Source: an uncultured Oscillospiraceae bacterium | Lineage (GTDB): Bacteria; Bacillota; Clostridia; Oscillospirales; Oscillospiraceae | NCBI GenBank assembly: GCA_963557105.1 | Contig: CAUWCX010000008.1 | Location: 143-64,142, forward strand | Length of the DNA: 64,000 nt | Reading direction: 5' to 3' | Shown here: one piece after another, positions 6,932 to 17,156 of the stretch | Layout: the number at the start of each line of letters is the position of its first letter | Position numbering within the stretch: the first letter of the stretch is position 1 | Made by a program: the position numbers and the translations under genes | The notes under the pieces: generated by a model | Told to the model about the DNA's origin: nothing | Seen by the model: only the letters and a program-made list of their open reading frames with translations | Database searches by the model: none

Positions 6932-7676
6932 GGTTATCTCCTCCAAATCTGATTTTTTCCATTTCCATCCTGGCCCGCGCCAGGGCAATCACCTGGTCAT
7001 CCGCACGCTGCGGGGTGCTCTTGGCCGCCAGCCGCGCCGCCACCAGATCCGCCCAGCGGTCCAGTGCGGCCTCTGACAGCCCAGTGAAGCCCATGCCCTT
7101 AATGACACCGGCATCCCGCTGGGCGGGTACCGCCACGAAGCTCCACTCGTAGGCGTCCTGAGGGTCGCTCAGCACGAAGTGACAGGTCTTGCCGTCATAG
7201 TCCATGCCCGCCCGGTGGCCGCAGCGGCCCCGCTGGCCGCCGCAGATGGAGCACAGGCACTGGCCCATGCTGGCGCCCACGCTGACCTCCCGCTTGATCC
7301 CGGTCTCGATCTCCCGGATCAGGGCCTCGTTGGCCTCCGTCCGGGGCATATAGGCCCAACCCTTCAAATAGCACAGGGTGTCCCCCGCCGCCGTGGCCTG
7401 GCCGGGGACCTCCACCACCTCCGTTTTGTACAGCCGGGCGGTCTGACCCTGGGCGGTCCAGCGGTGGTCGAAGATGCCGGGCTTGCCCACGAACAGCTCC
7501 GCCAGCTTGTCCAAAGCGGGGCGGTCGAACCGCTCACTGTCCCGGTCGACCTCGTTGTCGCACAGCCGCAGGGCGAAGGTGAACACCTCCTCCGCCGTCA
7601 CCGGGGACAGCGTGAGGCCGTTGATCAGCGCCAGGTCGGCCTCGCTCACCTGGCTGCTCTTGATAATGGTCTCCAT
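6924..7676 (-). CDS. Prohead protease / scaffold-type maturation protein
   Basis: 250 aa between portal and capsid genes. The motif region FALRLCDNEVDRDSERFD..GKPGIFDHRW resembles HK97-type prohead proteases. The call is partly positional. Confidence 0.6.
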   Translation of the reverse strand: METIIKSSQVSEADLALINGLTLSPVTAEEVFTFALRLCDNEVDRDSERFDRPALDKLAELFVGKPGIFDHRWTAQGQTARLYKTEVVEVPGQATAAGDTLCYLKGWAYMPRTEANEALIREIETGIKREVSVGASMGQCLCSICGGQRGRCGHRAGMDYDGKTCHFVLSDPQDAYEWSFVAVPAQRDAGVIKGMGFTGLSEAALDRWADLVAARLAAKSTPQRADDQVIALARARMEMEKIRFGGDNHG

Positions 7677-7679
7677 GGT

Positions 7680-8972
7680 CTACTCCTCTCCATTTGGCTC
7701 TCTGCCCAGGGCCCGGATCACGCTCAGCCGTGCCCACTCCTCCAGGGGGCCGTAGTTCCACGATGCGTAGCGGCTGCCGCCGCCGGGGACATTGGGCAAG
7801 TCTTCGTACCCCCGGATGTCGTCCGGGCTGTAGACGCCCACCTCCCGCATGGCCTTATACCAGGCGGCCTGTGCCGTGGTGTCCCCCCGCAGCAGGGCCT
7901 TGAGCTCCCGCTTGATCCGCAGGCCCGCCTGCCGCTCCCGGGGCAGGAGCAGCTTGTAGCTGTCCTCCTGCTCCCGCTGGGTGACGATGGGCTGCAGCGT
8001 GAACTTGGCGAACTCGATAGCGTTCTGCTCGTTGGAGCTGTATGCCTGCTTACCGGCATACACCATGTGCAGGGGCGTGCCGAAAAACCGGCAGATGTCC
8101 GCCACCCGCAGCTCCTCGCTCTCCACGAACTGGGCGTCCGCATTGCTCATGGCGATGGGCTGATATTTAAGGCCGTTGTCCAGCACCGCCACCCGGTAGG
8201 CGTTGCCCGCCCCCACATGGATGCGCTCCCACTCCCGCCGGATGCGCTCCTTCTTGCTGATGGTCTCCTTGCTGCCGTCGGCGTTGACGATCTCCACATT
8301 GCCGCCGATGTCGGAGTCCACCGTCAGCACGCCGGAGGGCCGCCCGCCGTTGCGGTACAAAGCCTTCTGGCAGGACTGGGACGCCAGTCCCGTCTCGATG
8401 GCGGCGGATGCCCGCTGCAGAATGGACACGCCCACGATGCCGTCGGTGGAGTATGCTTTGTAGTGGAGCACGTCCGCCGGGTGCAGTTTGGACATCTCCC
8501 CTGTGCGGGGGTTCGTATACACATACCACAGGACCCCGCCGGGGTCCAGGAAAGGGAGCACCTGGTCCGGGTCCAGGGGGATCAGCTCCCGGGGCCAGCC
8601 CGTGCGGCCGTCCCGGTTGAGCCAGGCGTAGGCATTGCCCCGCAGATCCAGGTTGACCTGAAGCAATCGTTCGTAGTCGAAGCGGGTCATAGCCTCATTA
8701 GGCCTCTCCCACAGGACCTTGCCAAGTCGGTGCTCCCGCAGCCGCTCCTTGGTCCCCTCGTTGAAGAGATACACCGGCAGGGACGCCACCGTGGAGGAGC
8801 GGATCTCCACGCACCGGTTGACAGTGCTCAGCTTCATGGCCCTGTCCCGGCTGAGGCCGGACTGTTCTACATCGTAGAACGCCTCCAGGCCATAGACATC
8901 CCGACCGGTGAGCACGCCGCTCAGACCGCCGGGCCGCCCCGCCGCCTTTCGAATGCCACTGGCCAAACTCAC
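7680..8972 (-). CDS. Phage portal protein, HK97 family
   Basis: 430 aa, downstream of terL. LSTVNRCVEIRSSTVASLPVYLF.. is portal-like. Confidence 0.85.
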   Translation of the reverse strand: MSLASGIRKAAGRPGGLSGVLTGRDVYGLEAFYDVEQSGLSRDRAMKLSTVNRCVEIRSSTVASLPVYLFNEGTKERLREHRLGKVLWERPNEAMTRFDYERLLQVNLDLRGNAYAWLNRDGRTGWPRELIPLDPDQVLPFLDPGGVLWYVYTNPRTGEMSKLHPADVLHYKAYSTDGIVGVSILQRASAAIETGLASQSCQKALYRNGGRPSGVLTVDSDIGGNVEIVNADGSKETISKKERIRREWERIHVGAGNAYRVAVLDNGLKYQPIAMSNADAQFVESEELRVADICRFFGTPLHMVYAGKQAYSSNEQNAIEFAKFTLQPIVTQREQEDSYKLLLPRERQAGLRIKRELKALLRGDTTAQAAWYKAMREVGVYSPDDIRGYEDLPNVPGGGSRYASWNYGPLEEWARLSVIRALGREPNGEE

Positions 8973-9166
8973 GCCCCATCACCTCCAATCACCATCAGCA
9001 CACCGGCCGCCAGGGCCAGCACGCCGCCGGTGATCCACCCCGCCGCCGGGGCCAGCAGGGCAGCTCCCGTGGTGATGGCCACAGCCCCCACCAGCAGCAG
9101 CACCTGGGGCGCGATCCGCCCCCACAGCTGCCCCAGGCTGGGGCGGTCACGCTGTTTCTTGTCCAT
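8969..9166 (-). CDS. 65-aa small membrane protein between terL and portal
   Basis: ATG 9164-9166 after AGGAG. MDKKQRDRPSLGQLWGRIAPQVLLLVGAVAITTGAALLAPAAGWITGGVLALAAGVLMVIGGDGA (two TM helices). Confidence 0.5.
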   Translation of the reverse strand: MDKKQRDRPSLGQLWGRIAPQVLLLVGAVAITTGAALLAPAAGWITGGVLALAAGVLMVIGGDGA

Positions 9167-9281
9167 CCGTACTCCTTTCCCCTCCCGGGGCTGTGCCGGA
9201 CAGGGGGACCTTGCGGTCCCCGCTGCCAGGAGGAAAGATCCGGGCAGGCCCGCCCCCTGCCCGGCACAACCCCGGGGAAAC

Positions 9282-11027
9282 TTAAAGACTGAAATCCGGC
9301 CGCTCCAGGGCCTCCGCCAGTGTGGCGGGCCGCTGCTGGCCGATGGTGGCCGTGGCCATGGCAATGATCCAGGCCACCAGCATGTCGATGCGGCCAATGG
9401 ACCGGTTTTTCATGGGCTTGATGTTCTCGTTGCCATCCGCCGCCATGCGCACATTGCCGAAGCACCACCGCAGGGCGGTGTTGTGGACGTGGAGCATCTG
9501 GTGGCCGCGGATGAGCCGCTCCAGCTCCTTGGTGGGCGGCGACATGTGGAGCATGGTCTGGGGGATCTCCACGATCTCCAGCCCGTCCTCCCCCAGCCGC
9601 TGGGTGAGGCTCCGGCTCATGTAGGGGTCCACCCCCAGCAGCTTGAGGTCGAAGGCCGCCCGGGCCTCCTGGATGGTGGACTCTACCATGGTGTAGTCCA
9701 CCATGTCCCCGGGGCAGAGGGTAATGAACCCCGCCCGCGCCCAGTCCCGGTAGGGGACATGGTCCCGGACCTCCGCCTCCACCGCCGTGTCCGCCGGCCG
9801 CCAGCCGTGGACCAGGGCCACCCAGGTGTCCAGCCCCTCCTGGGGTGGGAACAGCAGGGCCAGGGCCGTCAGGTCCGTGGTGGTGGAGAGGTCCAGGCCG
9901 CCGTAGCAGGTCTTGCCCCGCAGGCGCGCCAGCCACGCTCCCCGCTCCCCCTGGGGGGATGGCCCCCACTGGGTCTTGTCGTAGATGGTCAGGGGAATCC
10001 ACCCCACGGCCTTGGTGGAAATCCACTGATTGAGCCGCAGCCAGCGGAAGTTTCGCTCCGCCGCCTCGCTCTGCTTGGCCGCCCGGGCCTCCGCCCGGAA
10101 CTGGCGGGCCTTGATGGTAACCCCGAAGCTGGGGTTGCAGGCCCGCCACACCGCCTCGTCCCAGATGTCCAGGCCGGCGATGCGGTCCGGGTCGTCTCCG
10201 GTGAGGGCGCTGACCCCGTACATGATGGGGCACCACTGGGGGTCATCGTCGTCCATGGGCCGCTCCGGCTCCCCCCGCCGCCAGGCCAATATGCGTCGGC
10301 ACTTCTCGTGGATCTCCCACCCGATGCTCCCCCGGTCCGGGTCGTCTCCGGCGGTGGTCAGGACGATCACCGCCTGCTGCCGCCGGGCGGCGTCAGATCC
10401 CACGGTGAGGACGTCCCACAGCCGCCGGTTGGGCTGGGCGTGGAGCTCGTCGATGATGACGGCGGAGAACGAGAAGCCGTGCTTGGTGTCGGCATCGGAG
10501 GAATAGACCTTCATCACCCCGCCCCACCGGGTGCGGATCTCCCGGGTGCTGTCACGGCACCACACCAGGGGGTCGTGCTCCGGCTGGCCCAGGGCGGTGT
10601 GCTCCACCATGTACTTGGCGCACTGGTAGATAATGTCCGCGTTGCTCTTGTCCGCGGCGAAGATGCCCACCTGGGGGCGGCTCTCCCCGTCGTAGACCAG
10701 GTGGTACAGGCCCAGGGCCGCCGCCAACTCGCTCTTGCCGTTTTTCTTGGGGATCTCCGTGTAGAGGAATCGGCGATACCGCACCCAGCGGCCGTCCTCG
10801 TCCTCCACCTGCACCCCGTAGAACTGACCAATGGCCTCCAGCTCCCAGGGCAGGAGGCGGAAGGGCTGGCCCGCCCACTCGTTCTGGCCGAAGACCAGCA
10901 GCCCCAGGAACTCCAGCACAGCGTCCACGGCCTCCTGGCTGTAGCGCAGCTTCAGCCCCTCCTCCGGGGCGGGGACCAGGATGCCCTCCCCCAGCTCCAG
11001 CAGCACGGGGGCGGTCACTGCGTCCAC
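9282..11027 (-). CDS. terL: Phage terminase large subunit
   Basis: 581 aa. Contains FLYTEIPKKNGKSELAAALGLY (Walker A-like) and a downstream nuclease region. Position is terS > terL > portal. Confidence 0.9.
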   Translation of the reverse strand: MDAVTAPVLLELGEGILVPAPEEGLKLRYSQEAVDAVLEFLGLLVFGQNEWAGQPFRLLPWELEAIGQFYGVQVEDEDGRWVRYRRFLYTEIPKKNGKSELAAALGLYHLVYDGESRPQVGIFAADKSNADIIYQCAKYMVEHTALGQPEHDPLVWCRDSTREIRTRWGGVMKVYSSDADTKHGFSFSAVIIDELHAQPNRRLWDVLTVGSDAARRQQAVIVLTTAGDDPDRGSIGWEIHEKCRRILAWRRGEPERPMDDDDPQWCPIMYGVSALTGDDPDRIAGLDIWDEAVWRACNPSFGVTIKARQFRAEARAAKQSEAAERNFRWLRLNQWISTKAVGWIPLTIYDKTQWGPSPQGERGAWLARLRGKTCYGGLDLSTTTDLTALALLFPPQEGLDTWVALVHGWRPADTAVEAEVRDHVPYRDWARAGFITLCPGDMVDYTMVESTIQEARAAFDLKLLGVDPYMSRSLTQRLGEDGLEIVEIPQTMLHMSPPTKELERLIRGHQMLHVHNTALRWCFGNVRMAADGNENIKPMKNRSIGRIDMLVAWIIAMATATIGQQRPATLAEALERPDFSL

Positions 11028-11245
11028 GGCGATCCCTCCCCCTTGAGGACGATCCGCCGCAGCCGCCGGGGCGGATCACCACCCATGGCCTGCACCAGCA
11101 GCAGCCCCGGCTGGGGGCCGTCCACCTGGGGCCGTACCCGGGCGGCGCCGGTGACCACCAGACGGCCCAGGCACGCCGGGCATAGGGCATCCGCCGGAGC
11201 CCGGCCCTCGTACACGTCGCCGCAGTCGGCGCAGACGAAGCGCAT
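11015..11245 (-). CDS. Small zinc-ribbon protein
   Basis: ATG 11243-11245. MRFVCADCGDVYEGRAPADALCPACLGRLVV.. (CxxC..CxxC). Overlaps the terL start by 13 nt. Confidence 0.45.
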   Translation of the reverse strand: MRFVCADCGDVYEGRAPADALCPACLGRLVVTGAARVRPQVDGPQPGLLLVQAMGGDPPRRLRRIVLKGEGSPWTQ

Positions 11246-11253
11246 CAGCTCTC

Positions 11254-11742
11254 TCACGCCTGCCGCCTCCTCTCCAGCAGCTGCACCAGGGGGTTGTCCT
11301 CCGCCCCCACGGGTTTCTCCGGCACCACCAGGCGGCACCGGGCGGAGATAGTGAGGCCCAGATCTGTGGCGCAGTCCCGGGCCTGCTTGAAGAGGCGTGC
11401 CTGCACCCGGCCCCAGCCGTCGGCGCTCTCCAGGTCCCCGTCCCCCAGGGCCCGGTTGACCTGGCCGGTGGCGTAGAGCCACTCGGCCCTGGCCATGCAG
11501 TAGGTGGCGATGGTCTCCCCGTCCAGCCGGGTCACCATGGAGGGCATCAGGGCGATGAGACCCTTGGATACCCGGTTGAACTCCTCCCGCTGGGCCTTGG
11601 GCAGCCAGTCCGGCGGCGTCAAGCGCTTCACCGGCTCCGGGTTGCGGACCTCCCCGGCCTCCCGGGCGGCCCGCTCCGCCTTACTCAGATGCTTGGCCCC
11701 CCGGCCTTCAATGACCTCCAGGGGAATACGCTGTCCTGCCAT
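11254..11742 (-). CDS. terS: Phage terminase small subunit (P27 family-like)
   Basis: 162 aa immediately upstream of terL. PDWLPKAQREEFNRVSKGL..TIATYCMARAEW is P27-type. Confidence 0.8.
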   Translation of the reverse strand: MAGQRIPLEVIEGRGAKHLSKAERAAREAGEVRNPEPVKRLTPPDWLPKAQREEFNRVSKGLIALMPSMVTRLDGETIATYCMARAEWLYATGQVNRALGDGDLESADGWGRVQARLFKQARDCATDLGLTISARCRLVVPEKPVGAEDNPLVQLLERRRQA

Positions 11743-11845
11743 ATAGTCACCTCCTCGTATAATTAAAAAGCGCCAGGGCCGAAGGGCTCCATCTCATAGG
11801 GAAACAAACTGAACCCCCAGGGGCACTACCGGTACGGAACAAACG

Positions 11846-11885
11846 GAATAGCCGCAAGCTATCGTGTGATGGCTTGCGGCTATTC
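11846..11885 (-). terminator. Terminator hairpin after the 1755-aa helicase gene
   Basis: GAATAGCCGCAAGC (11846-11859) pairs with GCTTGCGGCTATTC (11872-11885). On the minus strand it is followed by CGTTTGTTCC. Confidence 0.55.
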
Positions 11886-11888
11886 ATA

Positions 11889-14800
11889 TTATAGGCTGTC
11901 TAAAATCGTTTTTAATGCATAGGGTTTAGCATATTTCAAATGCGCATCACTCACAAAAATGGTGTTTTCTTCTATTGGCTTTGTCCACATAGCCGGATAT
12001 ACTACTACTTTCTTTTTGCTATAACACCCCTCTGCCCAAACTGATTCGTGATTAACATCGATATGTATGCCGGAAATCTGGAGAATTTGTTCCAAGGATT
12101 TCAAAAGATACTGCTGTTTTTCGTATGGGATTGCAGATACTCTTGCCCCTGTTTCTCCCCAGTTCAATAAATCAAGTGCGGCCTTACGATCGAGAACGCT
12201 GTGGATGTATTGATTTCGATAGTGCTTTAGACACCTGTGGCAAGCACTGTCACAGGTACAGCTTTCGAGAAGTTCTCGAGTTTTGGTAAGTAGCTGTCGA
12301 ATAGAGGATTCAATGCTAACAGCATAACCTGCACCACTTGAAAGGCTATCATACAAGTAGATATCAACGAAATCTCCATTGCGATTTTGTCGAACACGAA
12401 AACCAGTCACAAGCTCTGTAAATTCAATGTCCAATTCCTGACATGCTGCCAAGCGCAGGCCTTCTGCAAGAGACTGTCCAGCACGGTTAAGCCAAGAATT
12501 CCTGGTGGGATTAATATCGATCTGCTGTCGATCCAAAGCAAATTCCAGAACAAGCATATCTGTAACAAAGTCATATCCAAGATTCACATTGATTGTATCG
12601 CTATGCTTGCAACGTGTTTTGATGAATTTGGATCTATACGGACGCAAAACATCCTTAAGAACCGCGGGGTCATCTCCGGGCATTGCAGCACCGCAGTCGC
12701 AGCAGATTGTGAATCCCTTACCACTAACACCATTGTTAAGCATGATGATTCGCTGATTGGGACGAACAGCCATTCGGATGTTGGCACATCCATTAACCGC
12801 CGTAACATCATCTGCATCGGGTAGTGTGGAATATAGAGGTTGCTGAGTTGCTGAGTATTCTTCATTCAATTGTGCCGTTTCAATGGATGTGGCATTTCGT
12901 GGTGCGAATCCCCATGGGCGTAGCATTGGCAACATATTTGTCAATGCTTTATTGCCGCAGAAAGGACAAGTATCAGGGTTATCCTCTTCTAAGCCAAACC
13001 AACCACACTGACTGCAGGTACGAATGCTTTTTCGGTAGCTTGCATCCTGAATAAATGCTTTGGCTGGAGATGCAGCAGTTCTTTCGCTCCGCTCTCCTCC
13101 GGGATAATACAAACCACCAATCTGGTAGGTCGTCTTATCAACAACAATCGCTCTGCCAGGCGCATATTCACCAATTGCAACATCCAACCCTCGTTCAACC
13201 TGATATTTTACCTTCCCGCTGACATCGGAAATATATGTGCTAACAACATTTTTGGGGAAAGAATAGGTAGGTATAACACCCTCTTCATAAAGCGCATCCA
13301 AAAGCGATTTTTTCCCAGAATCACTGCTATCATCTGTTTCAAACAATTCAGGATGATCATCTCGTTTTTGCTTCAGCGCCGACAGAGATTTTTCAAGTTC
13401 ACCTTTGTAGCTATCTAATGCACCTTTGGAGCTAACGGGCACAAGAATATCATCTTTGCTAATTTCAAAGATTGCCAAAAAGCTGCTGAAAGGCTGTAGG
13501 TGTTCATCCAGAAATTCAATGGCAGGGATAGCATCCAAACTGTTAGACTTCTCTCTCAGATAGGTTTGAAGTGCAACCATACCAAGGTGGCGCTGGGTAA
13601 TTTTCTCACTGCTGATATCAATCCACGGTCTTCTGGGATTGCCTCTGAACATTGGTACTGGGTTGGAAAAGTACAAGGAATCATGGGGGCCATCCTCGCA
13701 AAAAGTAACAATCGTAGACAGACTTGAACCGCGACGGCCAGCACGACCAGCACGTTGCTGATAATTCTCACGCATAGGAGGAATATTGCGCAAACCGACA
13801 GCAACCAACGATCCGATATCGATACCTACTTCCATTGTAGTTGTGCTGCTCAGAATATCTACAGGCGCCTCGCCATTCTGCAAAAAATCCTGGAAGCGAA
13901 GTTCATACTGCTCTGTCCTGGACCAGAGTTCATCCCGCTGATCTTTATGGGAAAGTTGGGCAGTATGTTCTTCAGTATCAATTACACGAATGGTGTCACC
14001 TTGAAGCGCATCCTCAATGGGCTTGCGCCAAAAAGCCAATGCATCAATTTCTTCCGTTGTCATGGGATGAATCTTTTCGCACTGACAACTTGGGCATTTC
14101 CCCTTTAATAAATACGGCGTGAGCTCTGAGCAGCGTTCACAACGGAACCACGTGTGTTCTAAATCAAAACGCGGTTTTATACGAGAAAGATCAATATAAT
14201 ACTTTCCGTTGGAAGACGAACCTTCGTCCATAAATGTTTCCCGCAAAATCTGGCTCCACTTTGCAGCAACAGAATCATTATCGCTCCATCCCATTATTTC
14301 GCGGATATCGGTCGAAAACTTTTTGCTCTTATCAATGCCATATCCCACATAGTTTGGCCGCACTTTTTCACGAATCACATCCGGGATGGTATGTCCAAGA
14401 ATCACGGAAGTATCACAAGTTGAAAGAATCCATGCATTAAAGAATTCCATGAATTCTTCCTCACTTATTTCGATGCCTGCTTCCTCTAACGCATCAAGTG
14501 CATCCCATTTTGCGGCATCCGTAGGCTCTATCCAACTGAGGGCTGAATCAACCAGCGTATTATATCCTCCACAGTAAAAACGAATGAGCTGTTCCTTCAT
14601 TTGGGTAGGCGCATTATCAATAGTAAAACGAGGAGTGTACTGTTGCCCACGTTTCTTTGCACGTGTGTAATTCTTCAGTGCCTGTGTTCCATGCTCAATT
14701 AACCGTTCTCGTTGTTTTTCTGTCTCGCTATCATGGAAAATTTGAACATGATGCTCCACAGCTACCATTGCAAAGTAGTCATAGAAATAGTTCATGGACT

Positions 14801-17156
14801 GCTCTGCAACTTCGTGTTCCATTCGATCAATGGCAAGCACCGCAAGCTGTCGGGCCGCAGTCATATCAGATGCGTCAGACATATCTCTTGCCAGCTTAGC
14901 TGCACGTTGGCGGCTATCTGAGAAAAGCAGAACTTTCCGCCCCTCGTTTGGAAGTCGATCGGGATCGCCTGTTTTCCCTGGAACCGCAGGTTGAGCTTGG
15001 AATTGCGCTTTAATCAGATTGAAGAAGGACTGGTTGCCTCTTGTATTAAAAGAGGTCAGTTGCATCTTAGATAGTTCATGCCGACAATGCGGACAGGTGG
15101 AAAATGTCAGAATGTCCGGTCGGGCCTTTGCTGTGAAGCCGCTATAATACAGCTTTCTGATGCCCTGCTTTCCATCCAAGGAATCATCAGAAAAGTCGAT
15201 GAAGCCGCTTTGAACATCTAAGTAGCAAGGCGAAATTTTATTCTGTCCTTGACGTTCCGGCAATCGATAACCTGCAGACGGAATGAAAAGATGTATTTCT
15301 TTAACCTCATCTTCATTTATCATACCAGGTTGATGCCAGAGGTATGTACGTCTTCTGGCTTCAAAATCTTGCTTCAGCACAAAACCTCTGAAGAAAATAC
15401 TACCGCACCGGCGATCATTGTATAACTCATAAATTGTGCTTCCGCATTCTTTGCAAGTAAGATTACCATCCGAAAAATAGACCTCACCCAATGTTAATCC
15501 GTTTTCCGTGTGCGAATGAGGACATTCTGGATTAGTACAAGCGTAAACGCCCTTGATTCCACGAAAAAGCATATGCATTCTTGCTGGAAACAAAACACTT
15601 CCACTTTCGCTTCGCGCCAAAGGTGCGATCGAAAGCATAACACTGACAGCGTGCAGGGCATCTTCTAAACTATTATCAGGAAAGATAGACTCCGCTAATT
15701 CTTGTAAAGAGACTGCTGTTCCGCGGCAAAGTTTGAACATTTGGCAGAATGGTACATAGTCTACCAGATGGTCGTATAGCCATTGGTATGCATCTTCAGA
15801 AGAAACGAATGGAGCAGGACTATTGGCAATACCTGTCCAAAATCCATTGAGTGCCATAAGGCGTTCCGGATCATCGCCCTCAAACGCATCCGGAAGAAAT
15901 TCTTTAAATTTACTGAAGGGAATATGAACTGCACTTCCGCTGCCTATTTCCTCTCGTTCGCCAGTAAGATAACAGAACGGATGCATGTCGTCGGATGCAG
16001 TCAATTCATTTGCAAATGTCCTGACGGCCTTCCTGTCATTCTCGTCATTGTTGGGCATACTTGCAGTAGTCAATATAAATTGAACTCTACTGCGATTAAT
16101 GCCCAAACGGTGGAATAAGCGCCGAATGAGCAATGATACCTCGCCGCCTGCAGAACCACGATACATATGCGCTTCATCAATGACAAATAGAAGCTTATTA
16201 TTCGGATCTGCATTTAGCCATGCCTGAGTATCTGACCATATTTTATGCTCTCTTGGCCGAAGAAGCATATATTCAAGCATGGAGTAGTTTGTAATCAAAA
16301 TATCGGGGCAGAATTGCTGCATTTCAAAACGAGTTACCAGTTCTGCATCCTCATCGTTCGGAATATGTTTTCCGTTATAGAGTTTTTCAAGAAATTCATC
16401 AAAATTTTCTTTGGCCGGTAGTTTTCCGTCCTTAATGAGTTTCTCTAAAAAAGCTTTTTCTTCGTCGTTTTCAGGATTGACCATACGAGAATATGTTGCC
16501 GCAAGTGAACGGTCCTCACTACGTCGGGGCTCCTTACCAGCATAAGGAGTTCTGCCGGTATACATGCCGAATTGAGGCCGGCGGGAATTATTTCCACATG
16601 CGGTGCGGAATATATTTATAAATCGGTGGTCTGGATCGCCAATCAAACGACGCAAACGACTAATCTGGTCAGAAACCAGGGCGTTCATAGGATACATGAT
16701 AATCGTTCGGACACCACGCATAGCCCAACTATCAGGGTTATTTCTTGCTTCTGAAGCAAGTTTTGCCATCAAGGGCCACATAAAGCATTCTGTCTTACCA
16801 GAGCCTGTACCTGTTGACACGAACAAATCCTGACCTTCAAATGCCGCTTCCAAAGCGGAAATTTGGTGACAGAAAGGTGATGGATATACGCCAAGATTTG
16901 CATCTGATAGCGCCTTAAAATAGTCTTTCAGCCAATCAGGTAGCTTGGGAGATAACTGAATTCCGTTTGGCGAACTCTTGTAGGCGGGTGATGATTCAAC
17001 ATACGGTTTTTGATAAAGAACACCTTCTTGATTCAGCTTATTTTGTGCAGCAGACAGCAAGATAGGTGACTTCCCAAAATATTGAGACTTTATATAGTTT
17101 TCCAGAGCTTCACGCAGTTGCAAGTGAACTCCGTTTGCACCATTGGACATAATCAT
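11889..17156 (-). CDS. Giant SF2 DEAH helicase with inserted zinc ribbons and C-terminal DUF1998/MrfA-type Zn-binding domain (DruE-like)
   Basis: Motif I GTGSGKT (nt 16791-16811), motif II DEAH (16167-16178), TAS, LLFSDSRQ, motif VI QQRAGRAGRRG. Cys pairs: CTNPECPH..CKECG, CPHCRH, CERCS..CPSCQC, CSQCG..CPFCG, CCDCG..CKH. C-terminal CTCDSACHRCLKHYRNQ (12231-12263). The second ATG (17150) has the better SD spacing. Confidence 0.85.
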   Translation of the reverse strand: MIMSNGANGVHLQLREALENYIKSQYFGKSPILLSAAQNKLNQEGVLYQKPYVESSPAYKSSPNGIQLSPKLPDWLKDYFKALSDANLGVYPSPFCHQISALEAAFEGQDLFVSTGTGSGKTECFMWPLMAKLASEARNNPDSWAMRGVRTIIMYPMNALVSDQISRLRRLIGDPDHRFINIFRTACGNNSRRPQFGMYTGRTPYAGKEPRRSEDRSLAATYSRMVNPENDEEKAFLEKLIKDGKLPAKENFDEFLEKLYNGKHIPNDEDAELVTRFEMQQFCPDILITNYSMLEYMLLRPREHKIWSDTQAWLNADPNNKLLFVIDEAHMYRGSAGGEVSLLIRRLFHRLGINRSRVQFILTTASMPNNDENDRKAVRTFANELTASDDMHPFCYLTGEREEIGSGSAVHIPFSKFKEFLPDAFEGDDPERLMALNGFWTGIANSPAPFVSSEDAYQWLYDHLVDYVPFCQMFKLCRGTAVSLQELAESIFPDNSLEDALHAVSVMLSIAPLARSESGSVLFPARMHMLFRGIKGVYACTNPECPHSHTENGLTLGEVYFSDGNLTCKECGSTIYELYNDRRCGSIFFRGFVLKQDFEARRRTYLWHQPGMINEDEVKEIHLFIPSAGYRLPERQGQNKISPCYLDVQSGFIDFSDDSLDGKQGIRKLYYSGFTAKARPDILTFSTCPHCRHELSKMQLTSFNTRGNQSFFNLIKAQFQAQPAVPGKTGDPDRLPNEGRKVLLFSDSRQRAAKLARDMSDASDMTAARQLAVLAIDRMEHEVAEQSMNYFYDYFAMVAVEHHVQIFHDSETEKQRERLIEHGTQALKNYTRAKKRGQQYTPRFTIDNAPTQMKEQLIRFYCGGYNTLVDSALSWIEPTDAAKWDALDALEEAGIEISEEEFMEFFNAWILSTCDTSVILGHTIPDVIREKVRPNYVGYGIDKSKKFSTDIREIMGWSDNDSVAAKWSQILRETFMDEGSSSNGKYYIDLSRIKPRFDLEHTWFRCERCSELTPYLLKGKCPSCQCEKIHPMTTEEIDALAFWRKPIEDALQGDTIRVIDTEEHTAQLSHKDQRDELWSRTEQYELRFQDFLQNGEAPVDILSSTTTMEVGIDIGSLVAVGLRNIPPMRENYQQRAGRAGRRGSSLSTIVTFCEDGPHDSLYFSNPVPMFRGNPRRPWIDISSEKITQRHLGMVALQTYLREKSNSLDAIPAIEFLDEHLQPFSSFLAIFEISKDDILVPVSSKGALDSYKGELEKSLSALKQKRDDHPELFETDDSSDSGKKSLLDALYEEGVIPTYSFPKNVVSTYISDVSGKVKYQVERGLDVAIGEYAPGRAIVVDKTTYQIGGLYYPGGERSERTAASPAKAFIQDASYRKSIRTCSQCGWFGLEEDNPDTCPFCGNKALTNMLPMLRPWGFAPRNATSIETAQLNEEYSATQQPLYSTLPDADDVTAVNGCANIRMAVRPNQRIIMLNNGVSGKGFTICCDCGAAMPGDDPAVLKDVLRPYRSKFIKTRCKHSDTINVNLGYDFVTDMLVLEFALDRQQIDINPTRNSWLNRAGQSLAEGLRLAACQELDIEFTELVTGFRVRQNRNGDFVDIYLYDSLSSGAGYAVSIESSIRQLLTKTRELLESCTCDSACHRCLKHYRNQYIHSVLDRKAALDLLNWGETGARVSAIPYEKQQYLLKSLEQILQISGIHIDVNHESVWAEGCYSKKKVVVYPAMWTKPIEENTIFVSDAHLKYAKPYALKTILDSL

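Noticed and set aside
7179-11351. 1390-aa plus-strand ORF spanning the portal/terminase region
   Set aside because: It is antisense to well-supported phage genes. The translation is Gly/Pro/Arg/Ala/Leu/His/Val-rich low-complexity with no motifs. This is a typical stop-codon-poor antisense frame of GC-rich coding DNA.
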